Shown here: positions 30,517 to 41,765 of the stretch, piece after piece | How positions within the stretch are numbered: position 1 is the first letter of the stretch | Layout: every line of letters begins with the position of its first letter | NCBI GenBank assembly: GCA_963841435.1 | Contig: CAWJCS010000006.1 | Location: forward strand, 736,001 to 800,000 | Direction: 5' to 3' | DNA: 64,000 nucleotides | Source of the DNA: an uncultured delta proteobacterium | GTDB taxonomy: Bacteria > Myxococcota_A > Polyangia > Polyangiales > Polyangiaceae | The notes under the pieces: model-generated | Databases searched by the model: none | Seen by the model: only the letters and a program-made list of their open reading frames with translations | Told to the model about the DNA's origin: nothing | Translations under genes and position numbers: made by a program

Positions 30517-32609
30517 GCCTCGCCCGCTTCCTTTCCTGGAAGAACCTGCGCTCGGATCGCTTCGCCACGGCGTGCATGGTGCTCGGCGTTGCGCTCGGGA
30601 CGGCGACCGTCAACGTCGTCTTGACCCTCAACGTCAACACGCGGCGCGTGGAAGCGGGCAACTGGAGCACCAACCCCGACCTCTTGCCCGACGTGGCTTC
30701 CACGGTTTCGCTTTCCCCGCTGCGACCCGTCGGGCCCGCGGTCGAAAAGGCCAAGAAGGCCGCTCCAGCCGCCGAGGACACTCGCGAGGAAACGCACGAA
30801 GACTACCAGGTCATGCGCTCGGCGATCCGACTGGGGTCGCTGTCGGCGTTCCTCGTCGGTGCGTTGATCGTCTTTTTCAGCTTCGCGGTGGTGATCGAGC
30901 ACCGGCGCCGGGAAATGGCTCTGTTGCGGAGTCTCGGCGCGACGGCTCGCCAAGCGGCGGGGGTGCTCGTGCGCGAGGCGGTATGGGTTGGCGCCGCCGG
31001 TGCGCTCCTGGGACTCTTGGGCGCCATTCCCCTGAGCTTTTTGGCCGCACGCGTCGGGATCACGACCACGGGGCGCTCGAAAATCGATAGCCTGACGTTC
31101 CCCTGGGCACAGATGCTGGCCGTCTCCGCCCTGGGAGGGCTAACGGCGCTCCTCGGCGTGTTGCCCCCGGTGAGGAAGATCCTGAAGCTCCGCGTCCCCG
31201 AGGCGCTGCGCCCGCGCTTCCTCGACGAGGCGCACGCCCGAGCGATCGGGCGGAGGACGCCGGGCATCACGTTGGTCGCGGTGCCGTTCGCGTTGCTTGC
31301 GTACGGGCTGATGCGGCCCCTGTTTCGGGAGGTTCTGCCGTCGCTCGTCTTTTTCGTGCTCGAGGCCGTCTTGGTGATGCTTGCGCTCTTGGCGCTCCTT
31401 TTGCTGGTCCCCGAGTTGACGCGTGTCGTCGGCGGTGCGCTGGCGCGGGCGTTCTTGCACGGGCCCCGGGCGGCGAAGCTTCTCACCACGAGCCGTATTC
31501 GTCGCCAGGGCCACGAGCTCGCATGGTCGGTCGGCGGGGTCATGCTCGTCTTCTCGCTGCTCCTCTCGCTGCACATCTCGACGTACGCTCTCAAAAGCGA
31601 GGTGGCTCGCTTCGGAGAGATCGCGCTGCGCGGCCACGCCTTCTTGTTCACGAACGACGAGAGCGCGATTCCGAGCAGTTTTGTTGCAGCTATGCCCCCG
31701 GGGCTCAGCGTGACCCGCTACTCCGGGCGGACACGGCAGCCGAATCAAGTCGCCGCCCTGCCGAGAGAGGACCTACAGGCCCTCGCGCGCGCCGAGCGCC
31801 GACCCGAGCTCGCCGAGCTCGCCGCTGGCTTTCGCGAAGACTCGGTGATCCTTTCGTCTCTGATGGCCCGGCGGCTCGGGCTCGCCGCCGGGGACCAGCT
31901 CGAGCTTTCGAGCCCGAGAGGCAAGCGTACGCTCAACGTGACCGCCGTGACCGACGCGCTCGGCTTTTTTCCGGTGCGCGGGACGTACCGGAGCAGCAAG
32001 ACGTACGCCATCGTCGAAGCGGCGAGCTATCCGCTGATCGAGCCGTTCGTTTCGCCGATCGGCTCGAACCTGGTGCTCACGGATACCAGTGCTGCGAGGA
32101 CGCCCGTCAACTTCATCCGGCTCGTGGGGTCCCTTCCCACGCCTCCCAACGTCCACGCTTCAACTGGGCACGTGTACGAGCTTGGCCGCAAGAGCGAGAC
32201 GAACAGAGACTTTCTGATCTTCGACCTAATTTTGGTTCTTACGACCGTCCTTGCGGCCATTGGCGTCGCAAACCAGTTGATTCTCGCTGTCCATACGCGC
32301 CGCCGCGAGCTCGCCCTTCTCCGCGTGCTCGGAATGACGGCCGACCAGATCCGCACGATGCTCCTTCTCGAAGGCGCGTTCGTCGGTCTACTCGGGGGAA
32401 CGCTCGCCGTACTCCTCGGCGTACCGCTCGGGCTGGCATCCCTTGCGGCGCTCAAGCTGGTGTCCGCCTTCGAGGTGCATTTCGCGCTGCCGTTTCACTA
32501 CGTTCTGCTGACGATCGTCGGAGCCGTCGCGGTGGCGGTCCTGGCGGCCGTCTACCCGGCGCGCCGCGCCGCGAGCGCCCACTCCGCGGAAGCCGTCCAC
32601 TACGAGTGA
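30513..32609 (+). CDS. FtsX-like ABC transporter permease
   Basis: Two RRREMALLR/RRRELALLR..LG motifs, multiple TM segments, YPARRAA; TTGA overlap with the ATPase gene. Confidence 0.88.
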   Translation: MSLARFLSWKNLRSDRFATACMVLGVALGTATVNVVLTLNVNTRRVEAGNWSTNPDLLPDVASTVSLSPLRPVGPAVEKAKKAAPAAEDTREETHEDYQVMRSAIRLGSLSAFLVGALIVFFSFAVVIEHRRREMALLRSLGATARQAAGVLVREAVWVGAAGALLGLLGAIPLSFLAARVGITTTGRSKIDSLTFPWAQMLAVSALGGLTALLGVLPPVRKILKLRVPEALRPRFLDEAHARAIGRRTPGITLVAVPFALLAYGLMRPLFREVLPSLVFFVLEAVLVMLALLALLLLVPELTRVVGGALARAFLHGPRAAKLLTTSRIRRQGHELAWSVGGVMLVFSLLLSLHISTYALKSEVARFGEIALRGHAFLFTNDESAIPSSFVAAMPPGLSVTRYSGRTRQPNQVAALPREDLQALARAERRPELAELAAGFREDSVILSSLMARRLGLAAGDQLELSSPRGKRTLNVTAVTDALGFFPVRGTYRSSKTYAIVEAASYPLIEPFVSPIGSNLVLTDTSAARTPVNFIRLVGSLPTPPNVHASTGHVYELGRKSETNRDFLIFDLILVLTTVLAAIGVANQLILAVHTRRRELALLRVLGMTADQIRTMLLLEGAFVGLLGGTLAVLLGVPLGLASLAALKLVSAFEVHFALPFHYVLLTIVGAVAVAVLAAVYPARRAASAHSAEAVHYE

Positions 32610-32628
32610 AGCCGGGGCGCTACGACGG

Positions 32629-32902
32629 CTAATTGAGGCAGCCGTCGGTCATGGCGCCGCTGATCATGTCTGCCGTGCAAGGGTACTGCACGGGGTCCGG
32701 AGGTGCGAACGACGTGGCCCACGCCTGGGACGTGCCGCGGTACTCGGTGACGGCGAGGGCCGAAAGGGACTCGATGTAGTGACCCATGTTCACCACGTAG
32801 TTGCGGGTCGGCATGTTGCTCATCGCGTCGAGGTCCGGCGCCGGGATGTTGTCCAGCTTGGCCATCGGCAACGCGTAGAGGGTGAACGAGTAGCTGTCGA
32901 TC
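32629..32902 (-). pseudogene. 3' fragment of a YbhB/YbcL (PEBP)-like gene lacking its 5' part
   Basis: DSYSFTLYAL followed by coding-like sequence to a stop; no credible upstream part. Confidence 0.45.
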
Positions 32903-33210
32903 ACTAGGCTGCACGCGAATCGCACGTGCGCACACCGCGCAAGTGCTCAGCTGACGGAACCCAAAGACAGATGTGTTATTTCACACCGGTTCCGGGCCGC
33001 GCCGGGGTCGGGTGACGAGAAACTCGAGCGAAACCACCACCACACTGGCCGAGGGTCGCCGAAGCTCCGTGAGCGCGACGGGCAATGAGCGCGAGCCAGC
33101 ATCGGAGTGCAGAGGACATGCCGATGCCGCAGGGGGCGTACACGACCCCGCGTTCTTGACGGGAGTTGCCAGTCCCGGGGGTCAGCCTCGAAACCAGCAC
33201 GACCTTCGGC

Positions 33211-34170
33211 TCAGCGTTCCCACTCGCAGAGGTAGCTGGTCGGGATGCTGCCGTCGTCCCACGTGCCGTCCTCGAGGAACTTACCCCAGCGCTCGTTCGC
33301 CGGGTTGTCGGGCTGCCCTGGCTGCCAGTTGACGTACGTGACGGGACTGCCGTTGACCCAGATGTAGGTATTGACGTCGGCTAGGTTGTTCAGGCCAAAC
33401 CAGGGTTTGGCGCTGCCGGCGAGCGTCACCAAGAACGCGTTTTCGGCCTGACTCTCGACGCAAGCGAGGTAGCCGCCGGTGTTCTCACACAGGGCTTCCG
33501 CCTCTGCGCCCCCGATCGAGGCTTGCGTGAAGCGATACCAGTGGCCCCCGAACGAGACGGCGTCGTTCGGATGCGCTCCGCCGCCGCCCGCCCCTGCCGC
33601 GCCACCTTGACCAGACCCGCCACCGACGCCGCCCATGCCACCGACGCCGCCCATGCCACCGACGCCGGCGCCGCCGCCCTTGCCAGCGTCACCGGTTCCG
33701 CTGGATCCGCCGCTCCCAGCACTGGTACCCGCTGCGCCGCCGTCGCCTGCCGCACCGCCGCTGCCCGCTGCGCCGCCGAGCCCGGCGTCACCTCCGAGGC
33801 CGGCCCCGCCGTTGCCGGCGGCACCGCTTCCTGCCGCCCCACCCGCGTTGCCCGCGCTACCGCCGTCACCCGCCACGCCACCGAGCCCCGACCCGGACGC
33901 ACCGCCGCTGGTGGCTCCCGCCGCGCCGGCGTTGCTGACCCCGCCGCCGCCAGCGTCGCTGCCACCGGTGCCCGCTGCGCCGCCGCCGCCAGCTCCAAGG
34001 CCGGCCGTGCCTGCGGCGACGCTACCGCCGCTCGCGCTCGTCGCCGCGGCGCCAGCGTTCGTGCCGGGGTCCTGGCCGCTGCAAGCGAGGAACGCCACGC
34101 TCACGGCGAGCCGCGGAGCTTGCCGCAGCGAAGCGCCAATTCTCGGTTTTCTAGGCGTCGATTGGGTCAT
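33211..34170 (-). CDS. Lipoprotein with Gly-rich linker and C-type lectin domain
   Basis: MTQST..FLAC lipobox; GHWYRF, CENTGGYLA, WFGL, NWQPGQPDN, WDD, YLCE; ATGA overlap with the upstream gene. Confidence 0.85.
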   Translation of the reverse strand: MTQSTPRKPRIGASLRQAPRLAVSVAFLACSGQDPGTNAGAAATSASGGSVAAGTAGLGAGGGGAAGTGGSDAGGGGVSNAGAAGATSGGASGSGLGGVAGDGGSAGNAGGAAGSGAAGNGGAGLGGDAGLGGAAGSGGAAGDGGAAGTSAGSGGSSGTGDAGKGGGAGVGGMGGVGGMGGVGGGSGQGGAAGAGGGGAHPNDAVSFGGHWYRFTQASIGGAEAEALCENTGGYLACVESQAENAFLVTLAGSAKPWFGLNNLADVNTYIWVNGSPVTYVNWQPGQPDNPANERWGKFLEDGTWDDGSIPTSYLCEWER

Positions 34171-37100
34171 TTTTGAAGCTCGAGGGTGGCCGCCTGGATG
34201 TCCGCTGGGCCAAGGCTGCCGACTCGCCAGGGTGGCATCTGCGTTCGGCCGGTCGCGTTGATTCGCAGGATGGCAAGGTCCTTTTCGGCGCGGTCCATCT
34301 GTTCCAGCCTTAGGACGTTCGAACCGTGCCTTGCCGAGCTGGGGATCGGCGCGGCCGTCGTGGCAGCGGGCGCACATCTCGAGCAGGATCGTCTTGCCGT
34401 CCGAGCCTTGCTGCGGAACGAAGCCGAGCTTCTCCGTCGCGTCCGCGGAAAAGACATCGCGAAGGTCGACCAGGCTCGCGCGCGGAGCGCCGCCCTGCAC
34501 CACGTCGAGGTACGAGCGGACGGCGGCCGCGCGCTTCGCTTCGTCCGTGACGTCGACGCCGGGGTAGGGAACCGCGATCGCCTCGCCCGAAAGGTGCGCT
34601 TGGAAGCGGGTGGCCCACGTGGGGCTCTGGCCGGTGCGCAATTCCGCGGCAATCTGCCCGTCGAAGGGATTGGGTTGATCGCCGAATCCTTCGGAGCGCA
34701 CCAGGGCTTCGAGCTGGGCACCGCTGCCTTCGTCGAGCGCATTCACGATCGTGGCGATGGGGATGCCCCCGTAAGCCGAGTCGCTCTGGTGCGCCTCGGC
34801 GAACTCGGCGAGAAGGACGCGATCCGACTCCGTGCGCTGGCCGAACCGTTGCGGAAACCAGTGCATCCACGGGGCCACGAGCTCCTGCATGCGGAGGATC
34901 CGGCCCGTGCCCTGCCCGCCGGGTCGATGGCAGGACAGGCAATCGAACGACGTTGGCTCGAGATCGTCTTGGTCGTAGACGCTATACGCGGTCCAGCCGT
35001 GCTCGATCTCTTCGGTGAACAGCGCCGCGAGATCGCAGCCGCCGGAGGTGTAGTTGCAAGGTTGCTCGAAGCTCAAGAGATAAAAGTTGAGATCGGCGCT
35101 GACCGGGTCACGGCTCACGAGCTCGACGAATTGCTCGCCGCGCACGAAGCCGACCGCGACGAGGCTTTCCGGTGGGCTCAAGTCGGTGCCAACGCGCGGA
35201 AACACGATCAGCCGCGGGTTGATGGCCGAAACGCTCTTCGAGACCAGCGAGGTCGAGTTGCCCGTCAGCGCGAAGGCGCGGCTCACGTCGAGACCGACCA
35301 GCTGCAACACCGCGGCGACGCCGTCGATCGCCGGGGGCTCTCCCGTTTGGCACAGCGCGCGGGCGAACACGTCTGCTCTCCCGCGCGCGCAGACGCGCTG
35401 AATCGTCTCCTCTCGACTGCCGAGCGCGACGAGCTCGGGGTCCGGCGTCGTCTCGGCCGGCAGGCTCGCCCAGCCGTCCGATTCCGGCGGCGGCTCGTCC
35501 TGGTGCTCGGCCGCCGGTTGAGAGCAGCCGAGTAGTGAAAGCGCGAGCGCGACGGGAAGCGCTACCGTTGCTCTCGTGGTGCGCTTCCGCCGCAGCGCGA
35601 GCGTGGCCATCAGGGCGAGCAACAGAGCTCGCCACGCCGCGGCTCCCGGTGCCACCCGCCGAGGTCCACCGACCGCACAGGTGCAACCGAGTGGGTCGTT
35701 GCCCGGCGCGCTGGCGTTGCCCGCGGTCGTGGTCCCGGCTTGCCCGCCCTGTCCCACGGCGCTTCCCGCGCTCCCGCCCATTTCGGCCGGAGCCGTTCCC
35801 GCCCCGCCACCGAGCCCCGCGCTTCCGGCGCTGCCCATCGGCATCGGCGGGGGGTCGAACGGAAGCGGGTTCGGGGGAAGCCCGTCGTCGATCTGGAGCA
35901 GGTAGGCGACGAGCATATCGACCTGCTCCGAGGAAAGCGAGCTCACGAAGCCGTGCAGGTCGTCGGGGTTCTTCGTCGTGAGCACGTCGCGCAGCGTCGG
36001 TGCCGAGCCGTCGTGGAGATAGGGAGCCGTCTCCCAGACGCCGCGCAACGTCGGCGTGTCGATGCCGAACAGCGGAGCTCCTGCGTGCATGCCGGAGAGC
36101 GCCGTGATGGTGCCGACATCGTGAGGGGAGCCGCGGTCGCTGTCGGTGAGCTCGGGGCCGCCGTGGCAGACGCCGCAGCCGACCTTGTCGAACAGCGCTT
36201 TGCCGGCCACGCCGTCGGGCGTGAGGGAGCCGTCCGCGTTGCGGTAGGGGCTCGGGTTGACGTGCTCGAGCGACGAAAGATAAGCGGCGAGCGCATCGAG
36301 CTCCGGGCTGAGCCCCGCCTTCGGATCACCGAGCGGATCGGCCCGCGTTCCCACGGCGATCACGTCGTCCGGAATGAACCCCGTGCCACGGAACAGCTCG
36401 CGGATCTGGTGCTCGAAGTCCTGGACCTCGTCGAGCGTCCCAGTCCAGTTCAGCCGCCCCTCGCCCATCCCCTTGTGACCGATGAGGGAGATGGTGTTCC
36501 TGAGTCCTTCGCCGCGCGTGCTAAAATCGTAGGTTCGGCCGTCGTCCATGCCCTCGAAGTGGCAAGCGCCGCAGCTCAAGTAGCCCTCGAGCGCCATGCG
36601 GGTGTCCTCCGCGTCGTGGAAGATCTTCTTGCCGAGTAAGACGTCCGGCGAAAGCTTCTCGTTGGCGACGGCGAGAATCCGAGCGAGCTCCGGCGGCGTT
36701 GACTGGTCGAAGTCGTGCAGCAGCGCCGACATGTCGTAGACCAAGACCTCGCGGCTCAAGGCGGCCTGCACGAACAGTCGCCCGTTCGGCGCCAGCACCG
36801 AAGCGCGTGGAAACGCGCCAACGTCACCGATCGCCGTGAAGACCTGCGTCGGCTGGTTCACGTCCCGGATCTCGATGCGACTCGAGCCGCCGAGCGCGAG
36901 GATCGCAAAGTTGCCTTCTGGGGTGAACTCGACGTGGACGGGCTGGCTGCGGTCGTCGAGGTCGACGCGGTTGGCGAAGATTTCCCGCTCCGTCTGGGTG
37001 TCGATCACGGCCGCGAGCGGCCTCACCGTCGTGTCGTGCGTGAGCTCCTGCCCGTCGAGGAGCCGACCGCGCAGGATGTTGTCCTTCTTTCCCGGAACCC

Positions 37101-38076
37101 AGGCTTGCCGGCCATCGGGTGAGAGCGCAACGGAGAAGAGGTAGTTCGGAAGCCCGCGCGCCTTCTGGTCGCCGTCCACCGTCTCGCTGTCGAGCGCGAG
37201 GACGATTCGGGTCGCCACCGTCATGGTCGTGGCGTCGACCTTGACGACCTCGCCACCCGTGTCCGGTGAGATGAAGCGCGTGACGTAGACGTCCAGGCCG
37301 TCGTAGGAGACGGCGATGCCGCGCGGCTGTGGTCCGACCGCGACCTCGCCCAGCACCGCGCCGCTCGTCGGGTCGAGCTTGATGAGCTTGCCGAGCGCCG
37401 CCAGGCTGACGTACGCGGCGTCGCCCGTCGGGCTCATCGCGATCCCGACCGGCTGCGACGCGTAGGGTAGGCGAAAACCGCGCTCGATCACGAACGAGTC
37501 CGGATCGACGACGGCTACGGCGTAGTCCTCCTGGTGGACGACCCACAGCTTGCCGTCCGGAGCGAGCGCGAGCGACTCGGGCTTTCGGTACACCGCGAGC
37601 TCGCCGAGCTTGACCAGGTTCTCCGGGTCGACTGCCGTGATCGAGTCGTTGTCTTGGTTGACGGAGTAGATCCGGTTGCGCGCGGCGTCGTAGACGATGG
37701 ACGACGAGGACGACGGCTTTTGCGGCGTCGACGGGTAGTGGACCAGATACCGAAAATAGACGCTCGCCGTGTAGCCGGTGGCGTCGGTTGCGACGACGTC
37801 GACGCTGTAGAGGCCGGGCGCCGGGAACGTGTGCGACATCTCGGCGCCGCCCATCTGGTAGTCCTCGGCATCGCCGAAGCGCCACTCGTACGTGACCGGC
37901 TCGACGGCGTCCGTGACGGTGGCCGCGAAGACGTGCGCCTCGCCGACCAGCGCTGGCTCGTCGTGAGGCACGTCGAGCGTCATGGCGGCGGCCGGCGCCG
38001 CGAAGAGCACGAGCGCGAGCAGCGCAGAAGCTCCTGCGAGCGCCGACGTCGTGTGCCGAGAGCCAGCCCGCGCCAT
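34167..38076 (-). CDS. Secreted PKD + YncE-like beta-propeller + di-heme cytochrome c (MauG/CCP-like) protein, read through an internal MYXO-CTERM-like segment into a second CxxCH domain; apparent +1 frameshift near 34320
   Basis: YEWRFGD PKD motif, propeller repeats, CGACH, CGVCH, DTPTLRGVWETAPYLHDG, later CLSCH and CARCH; the natural-looking end MPP..LELQK* is in another frame. Confidence 0.75.
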
Positions 38077-38108
38077 GCGCGCTCGTCCGAGAATCGCGCG
38101 AAAGCCGA

Positions 38109-40037
38109 CTAGTTCGTGGTGAACGTCGACTTCCATTCGGTGGTCAAGGTGTTGCCGACGTAGTCCGCGATTCCACCCTTTGGCAGTACGACCTCGTACG
38201 TCGTACCGGGCTCTAGATCCTGGTCCGGATCGAAGTTCACGACGCTCATCCGCACGCCGTACCTGCCCGAGAGCGGCTGCCCGCCCACCGGTCGAACGAT
38301 GAAGCTTGCCGTGTTCACCGTCGCGAGCTCGATGTTGTCGGAGAACGTCACCCCGATGCGCGACTTCGTGGAGGCGCCCGTCGACGCATTGCCGGGAATG
38401 ACCGTGTCGACCACCGGGGGCGTGGTGTCCGGAGCCGTCTGGTGGACCCCGATTACCCAGCCCTTGTACGGGGACTGATCATCGGCAATGACGACGAGAT
38501 TTGCCACCGGCAGCACGAACTGATCGTCGTTGTACGTCGTATCCATCCGACCCCAGATGCGGTCGACGACCTTGATGCTCTTCGGGTCCGAGAAGGTGAG
38601 CTTCGAAGCGCCGGGCGTGTTGCTAATCTCTTGCCGCGCATGCCCGAGGAACAAGAAGTCGTCCTGGAAGGCGAGGTACTCGGCGTATTCGTTGTTGAAC
38701 GTCGCGAGCGGCGAGCTCCCCGAGCCGATGTTCTTGGGGTTGCTGAGCACGTCCCAGACGCGAATCGGGCCGAGCATGACCGCGTAGTGTCGGTGGAACT
38801 GCGTGATGTACGATTTGGTGCCCGACGTGAGCGAGGCAAGCCTCGTCGGCTTCGTCGGATCGCTGATGTCCAGCGTGGCGATACCAGCGCTTTCCTTCGG
38901 CGTCATGACGACGAGGACGTTGCCGATGGCATCGAGCGGCCCCGCGCTGACGCCTCCGTAGCTCGAGGTGGAAACTTCCGCGACGACCTTGAGATTCGCC
39001 GGATCGGCCGCGTCGACCACCTTGATGCCGTTGTTCGTGGCGCCCACGTAGATGTATTGCCCTTGCCAGGTCACACCCCAAACGGCCTCGGTGTAGTCGC
39101 CGTAGTTGACGCCCGAGAGCTTGATCTGCCCGAGGTGCTTGGGAGCGGTGACGCTCGTGACGTCCCAGGTGTCGATCCCGGTGCCGCCCAGCGTGGCCAT
39201 GTAGAACGTGTCGCCGGAACGAGCGAACGAGATCGTGTGCGACTCGGCCTCGCCCCCCGCCCGCCGGTTCGGCGTGCTCATCTTCGAGAGCTGCTTCGGC
39301 GAGCTCGCGTTCGATAGGTCGTAGAAGAAGAAGTCTTCGTTGCCGGCCGTCATCAGATAGCCGTTGACTACGGCGGGCTGGTTCAGGTGAGTTCCCGCGA
39401 GCAGCGAGGGAGAGATCAGGCCCTGCTGCCACTGTGACTTCTGCAAGTTCGTCGTGGACGCCGGCTGCTGCGTGTTCTGAATCGTTCCCTCGGCGTGTTG
39501 GAACGTCGCCGGAGCACCGGCTCCGCTGCCCGCGTCGCCGCCCGCGCCTGCGCCTGGATCGGTCCCCGCGCTGCCCGACGCTCCGCCCATTCCGGCCGCC
39601 GCTCCCGCGGAACCGCCGTCGGCTCCGGACGCGCCGGCGCTGCCCGCGGCAAGCCCGGCGCTGCCGCCCGCACCGGCCGCGGCGCCAACCCCGCCGCTTC
39701 CCGCTGTCACTCCGGCGGTACCCCCGGTGGCGCCTGCGCCACCGCTCGCCGTCGCGCCACCGCTCGCCGTCGCGCCGCCGCTCGCCGTCGCGCCGCCCAG
39801 CGAGCTCGAACCGCCGGAGGTCGCCCCACCCACCGAGCCCGCGGACCCACCACTGCTGGTCCCCGCGCTACCGCCGACCCCGGAGCTGCCGCCCGTCGCG
39901 GTAAAACCGCTGCTTCCGCCCGTATCGGCGGCCTGGGTCTCCGCAGGAGACGCGCAGGCACCGGCCAGCGCGACGAGCGGCAGGGCGCTCAGGCAGAGCC
40001 GGAAGGTCATCGGTACGGCAGTCGATTTCTTGGTCAC
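38109..40037 (-). CDS. Lipoprotein with LVIVD-repeat propeller and C-terminal Ig-like (Big_5) domain
   Basis: GAGGAGG RBS before GTG, lipobox AGAC, IKVVDAADP/TLDISDP repeats, DTTPPVV..IGVTFS..LEPGTTYEV. Confidence 0.8.
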   Translation of the reverse strand: MTKKSTAVPMTFRLCLSALPLVALAGACASPAETQAADTGGSSGFTATGGSSGVGGSAGTSSGGSAGSVGGATSGGSSSLGGATASGGATASGGATASGGAGATGGTAGVTAGSGGVGAAAGAGGSAGLAAGSAGASGADGGSAGAAAGMGGASGSAGTDPGAGAGGDAGSGAGAPATFQHAEGTIQNTQQPASTTNLQKSQWQQGLISPSLLAGTHLNQPAVVNGYLMTAGNEDFFFYDLSNASSPKQLSKMSTPNRRAGGEAESHTISFARSGDTFYMATLGGTGIDTWDVTSVTAPKHLGQIKLSGVNYGDYTEAVWGVTWQGQYIYVGATNNGIKVVDAADPANLKVVAEVSTSSYGGVSAGPLDAIGNVLVVMTPKESAGIATLDISDPTKPTRLASLTSGTKSYITQFHRHYAVMLGPIRVWDVLSNPKNIGSGSSPLATFNNEYAEYLAFQDDFLFLGHARQEISNTPGASKLTFSDPKSIKVVDRIWGRMDTTYNDDQFVLPVANLVVIADDQSPYKGWVIGVHQTAPDTTPPVVDTVIPGNASTGASTKSRIGVTFSDNIELATVNTASFIVRPVGGQPLSGRYGVRMSVVNFDPDQDLEPGTTYEVVLPKGGIADYVGNTLTTEWKSTFTTN

Positions 40038-40181
40038 GGATTCCTCCTCGTCCACGGCGAGATGGCTTGCTGACTCGCGGGGGCGCGAAGAGCGGCCAAG
40101 GAACGACCGCCCACGGTGGGAGCCCGCGCGAAGCCGCGTCTTGCCTGAAAAATTCCGCGGTTGACGGATGGACGCAGGACG

Positions 40182-41705
40182 CTAGCGGCGCGTGAGGACG
40201 AAGAGGCGGTCTACGCCGTATTCGTGGGGCCCATCGGGGCCGTCGTAAAACGAAACCGGCAAAACGGCGCCCGCAAGCTTGAGCGCGAAGAGATCCTTGC
40301 CGGCGGGGACCAGGGTGCCCGAGCCCGCACCGAGTGGTTCGAGCGCGGGGATGTTCACCGTGAGACGCTGGCCGACGAGCTCGATGCTCACGTCCCCGAG
40401 GTTCGGATCGGTGAAGGAGCCGGTGTAGCTCTCGAGATCCTCGTCCGGCTCCCCGAGCAGATCGGGCTCGCCCACCGGGGCGGGTAGACGATCCCCGGCG
40501 CCAACCTCCAGCGTGACCTGTGTCACGTGCAGGATGTCTTCGCCGACGCCGTTGGCGAGTACGTTCACCGCGACGCGCTGCTCGGGAAGCATGAACGAAA
40601 GCAACGTCATCGTGAGCGTGCCTCCGTCGTGCGCCACGAACGGCACCTCGTAGAACCCGTCGTCGGAGCCCTGATAAAACCTCTGCACCGAGAGGCCGTA
40701 GCCGTAGCCGAACCCCTCCGAGTGATTGTAGACGCTCACCTGCTCGCTCATCATCGCGCGGCGAAGCTCGTCGGAGAGCACGTCCGGATTGCCGTCGATG
40801 AGGAAGCCCAAAAGCTTTGCTTGATCCGAGGGCGTCGACCAGACGAAGCCCGCCGGGCGCGTGAAGGCGTTGTCGATCTCGTCCTCGGGGGTCACCCACT
40901 CGATCTTGGGCTCCGGAAGCGCGATGAGCTCGAGCAGGTCGAACGTGTCGAGCGGCTCGCTCGTGCCACGCGCGCTCGCCAGATCAACCTCGTGGGTGAG
41001 CGCGTCGTCGCGCCGCGCGTAGGTGTGCGATAGACCGAGCGGCGCAAACACGTCGTCGCGCAGGACATCGGCAAAGGGGCGAGAGTCGAGGGCCTCGATC
41101 AAGAGACCGGCGAGCGCGTAGTTCGGATTGCTGTAGTTGAAGCCCACGCCCGCCGGCATCAACGCGTACTCGTTGTCGGCAAAACGGCCGAGCGCGATGG
41201 CCTCGAGATCGTCGTCCGAGGGCGCCTCGAAGAAGCCGGCGTAGTCGAAAAGGCCCGTGGTTTGTCGCAGCAAATCGCGCACCGTCACGGTCTCGAGGAA
41301 CGCCCGGTCCGAGGCGAGCTCGAGCGCAGGGAAAAGCTCGGCGACGCTTTGCGAGAGCTCGAGCTCGCCTCGTTCGACCTTCTGGAGCAAGGCGAGGGCC
41401 GTGATCTTCTTCGTGTCCGAGCCGATTTGGAAGAGCGTGTCGGACGTTGCGGGCGTGCCCCGCGAATCCTTCTCGCCGAACGCTTCGGCGTAGATGACGC
41501 GGCCGTCTCGAAAGAGGGCGACGCTGTACGCCGTGGCGTTGCCCCTGCCGAGGCTCGCAGCGACGGCGTCGTGGATACGGCTGATGTCGGCAGTGGAGAG
41601 CGCCGCGTCGTCGCCTGGCGAAGGACCGTGCCCGTCATCTCCACTGCAACCACCGAGCAGACCCACCGCCAGCGCGACACCGGCCGCCCACCACCTTGCC
41701 ACCAT
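40182..41705 (-). CDS. Beta-lactamase-family serine hydrolase lipoprotein
   Basis: FQIGSDTK (SxxK), YSN, HDG; lipobox LGGC. Confidence 0.88.
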   Translation of the reverse strand: MVARWWAAGVALAVGLLGGCSGDDGHGPSPGDDAALSTADISRIHDAVAASLGRGNATAYSVALFRDGRVIYAEAFGEKDSRGTPATSDTLFQIGSDTKKITALALLQKVERGELELSQSVAELFPALELASDRAFLETVTVRDLLRQTTGLFDYAGFFEAPSDDDLEAIALGRFADNEYALMPAGVGFNYSNPNYALAGLLIEALDSRPFADVLRDDVFAPLGLSHTYARRDDALTHEVDLASARGTSEPLDTFDLLELIALPEPKIEWVTPEDEIDNAFTRPAGFVWSTPSDQAKLLGFLIDGNPDVLSDELRRAMMSEQVSVYNHSEGFGYGYGLSVQRFYQGSDDGFYEVPFVAHDGGTLTMTLLSFMLPEQRVAVNVLANGVGEDILHVTQVTLEVGAGDRLPAPVGEPDLLGEPDEDLESYTGSFTDPNLGDVSIELVGQRLTVNIPALEPLGAGSGTLVPAGKDLFALKLAGAVLPVSFYDGPDGPHEYGVDRLFVLTRR

Positions 41706-41765
41706 GGCTGCCAGTTTTACGTGGGAGCCGTGCGCGCGGCAAGGCCCGGAGTGGCTCGGGCGACC

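Noticed and set aside
33211-38136. Single 1641-aa ORF including the C-type lectin
   Set aside because: Produced by an extra base near 34320; the alternative frame ends at 34167 with an ATGA overlap on the lectin gene's own start and lipobox
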